Shown: piece by piece, positions 52,370 through 52,859 of the stretch
Layout of the letters: every line of letters begins with the position of its first letter
How positions within the stretch are numbered: the stretch's first letter is position 1
Assembly (NCBI RefSeq): GCF_006345805.1
Contig: NW_021833350.1
Span: 1 to 52,859, forward strand
DNA: 52,859 nucleotides
Reading direction: 5' to 3'
From: Octopus sinensis
Lineage: Eukaryota
Translations under genes and position numbers: made by a program
Notes under the pieces: model-generated
The model's input: the letters and a program-made list of their open reading frames with translations, nothing else
Told to the model about the DNA's origin: nothing
Database searches by the model: none

Positions 52370-52662
52370 ACACATCTGTTGCGTTACCAACCTTGTCTCC
52401 ACTCTTTTGCCTTTAAAAACCCACTTTGCTCTGTTTTCGTAAACATCCGCCTTTCACCATGTGCAACTCGTAAACACCAGTCGTCTTTTTTCTCTTTCCC
52501 TGTTGCCCGCTCTGGGATCTTTCTTTCCTCTCTCTTCCTTCTTTATGTTTCCGACGAAGAGCTCCGCTCGAAACGTCATACCTCCCTGCTTCCTTTTCCT
52601 GAGCGCCTATTAATAATAATACTGTAATTGTTCCATTGTTGTTGTTTTTTTGTTTCCCGTTT
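52370..52662 (+). mobile_element. Probable Penelope-like element 3' end (pLTR) with minimal hammerhead-like motif
   Basis: Pyrimidine-rich tract containing CCGACGAA-GAGC-TCC-GCTC-GAAA-CG-TC (52551-52577), the shape of Penelope-associated minimal hammerheads, ending in (TA)n. Confidence 0.55.
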
Positions 52663-52667
52663 GGATT

Positions 52668-52738
<71 letters not shown>

Positions 52739-52859
52739 AACGTACGTACATACGCACACTCACATGCACACACACTCATACACACACATATATTTGTGCG
52801 CGTTTGTTTATGTATATATATCCTCATGCATCTTTATATATCCATACATGATTACATAT

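Overview
AT-rich, repeat-dominated animal genomic DNA. The SINE families and microsatellite load suggest a coleoid cephalopod, probably Octopus; this is inferred from recalled repeat consensus sequences, not from a search. No host protein-coding gene can be identified with confidence; there are only three weak exon candidates, and nearly all ORFs in the track are microsatellite or SINE translations. Contents: (1) more than 20 copies or fragments of a tRNA-derived SINE with an internal microsatellite, several as tandem multimers, plus a second SINE family. (2) A near full-length two-ORF Tx1/L1-clade LINE (10.65-16.73 kb) inside a (TATC)n array, followed by three further Tx1 3' ends, each ending in AATAAA plus (TATC)n. 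(3) RTE, CR1, R4/Dong-like and Penelope-like fragments and one non-autonomous Helitron. (4) A 12-unit, ~200-bp array built from a SINE 3' half. (5) A segmental duplication with ~7.4 kb offset. The standout is 34,244-35,729: about 2.4 tandem copies of a ~532-bp unit, each carrying a type I hammerhead ribozyme motif (CUGACGA, GCUA/UAGC stem II, GAAA, palindromic ACAAUUGU helix III, GUC cleavage site), with an inverted arm at the 5' end. This is the layout of a non-LTR retrozyme or non-autonomous Penelope derivative able to yield a ~534-nt self-cleaved or circular RNA. A degenerate Penelope-type minimal hammerhead at ~52.55 kb hints at the autonomous partner. Frequent single-base deletions suggest imperfect long-read consensus in parts of the window.
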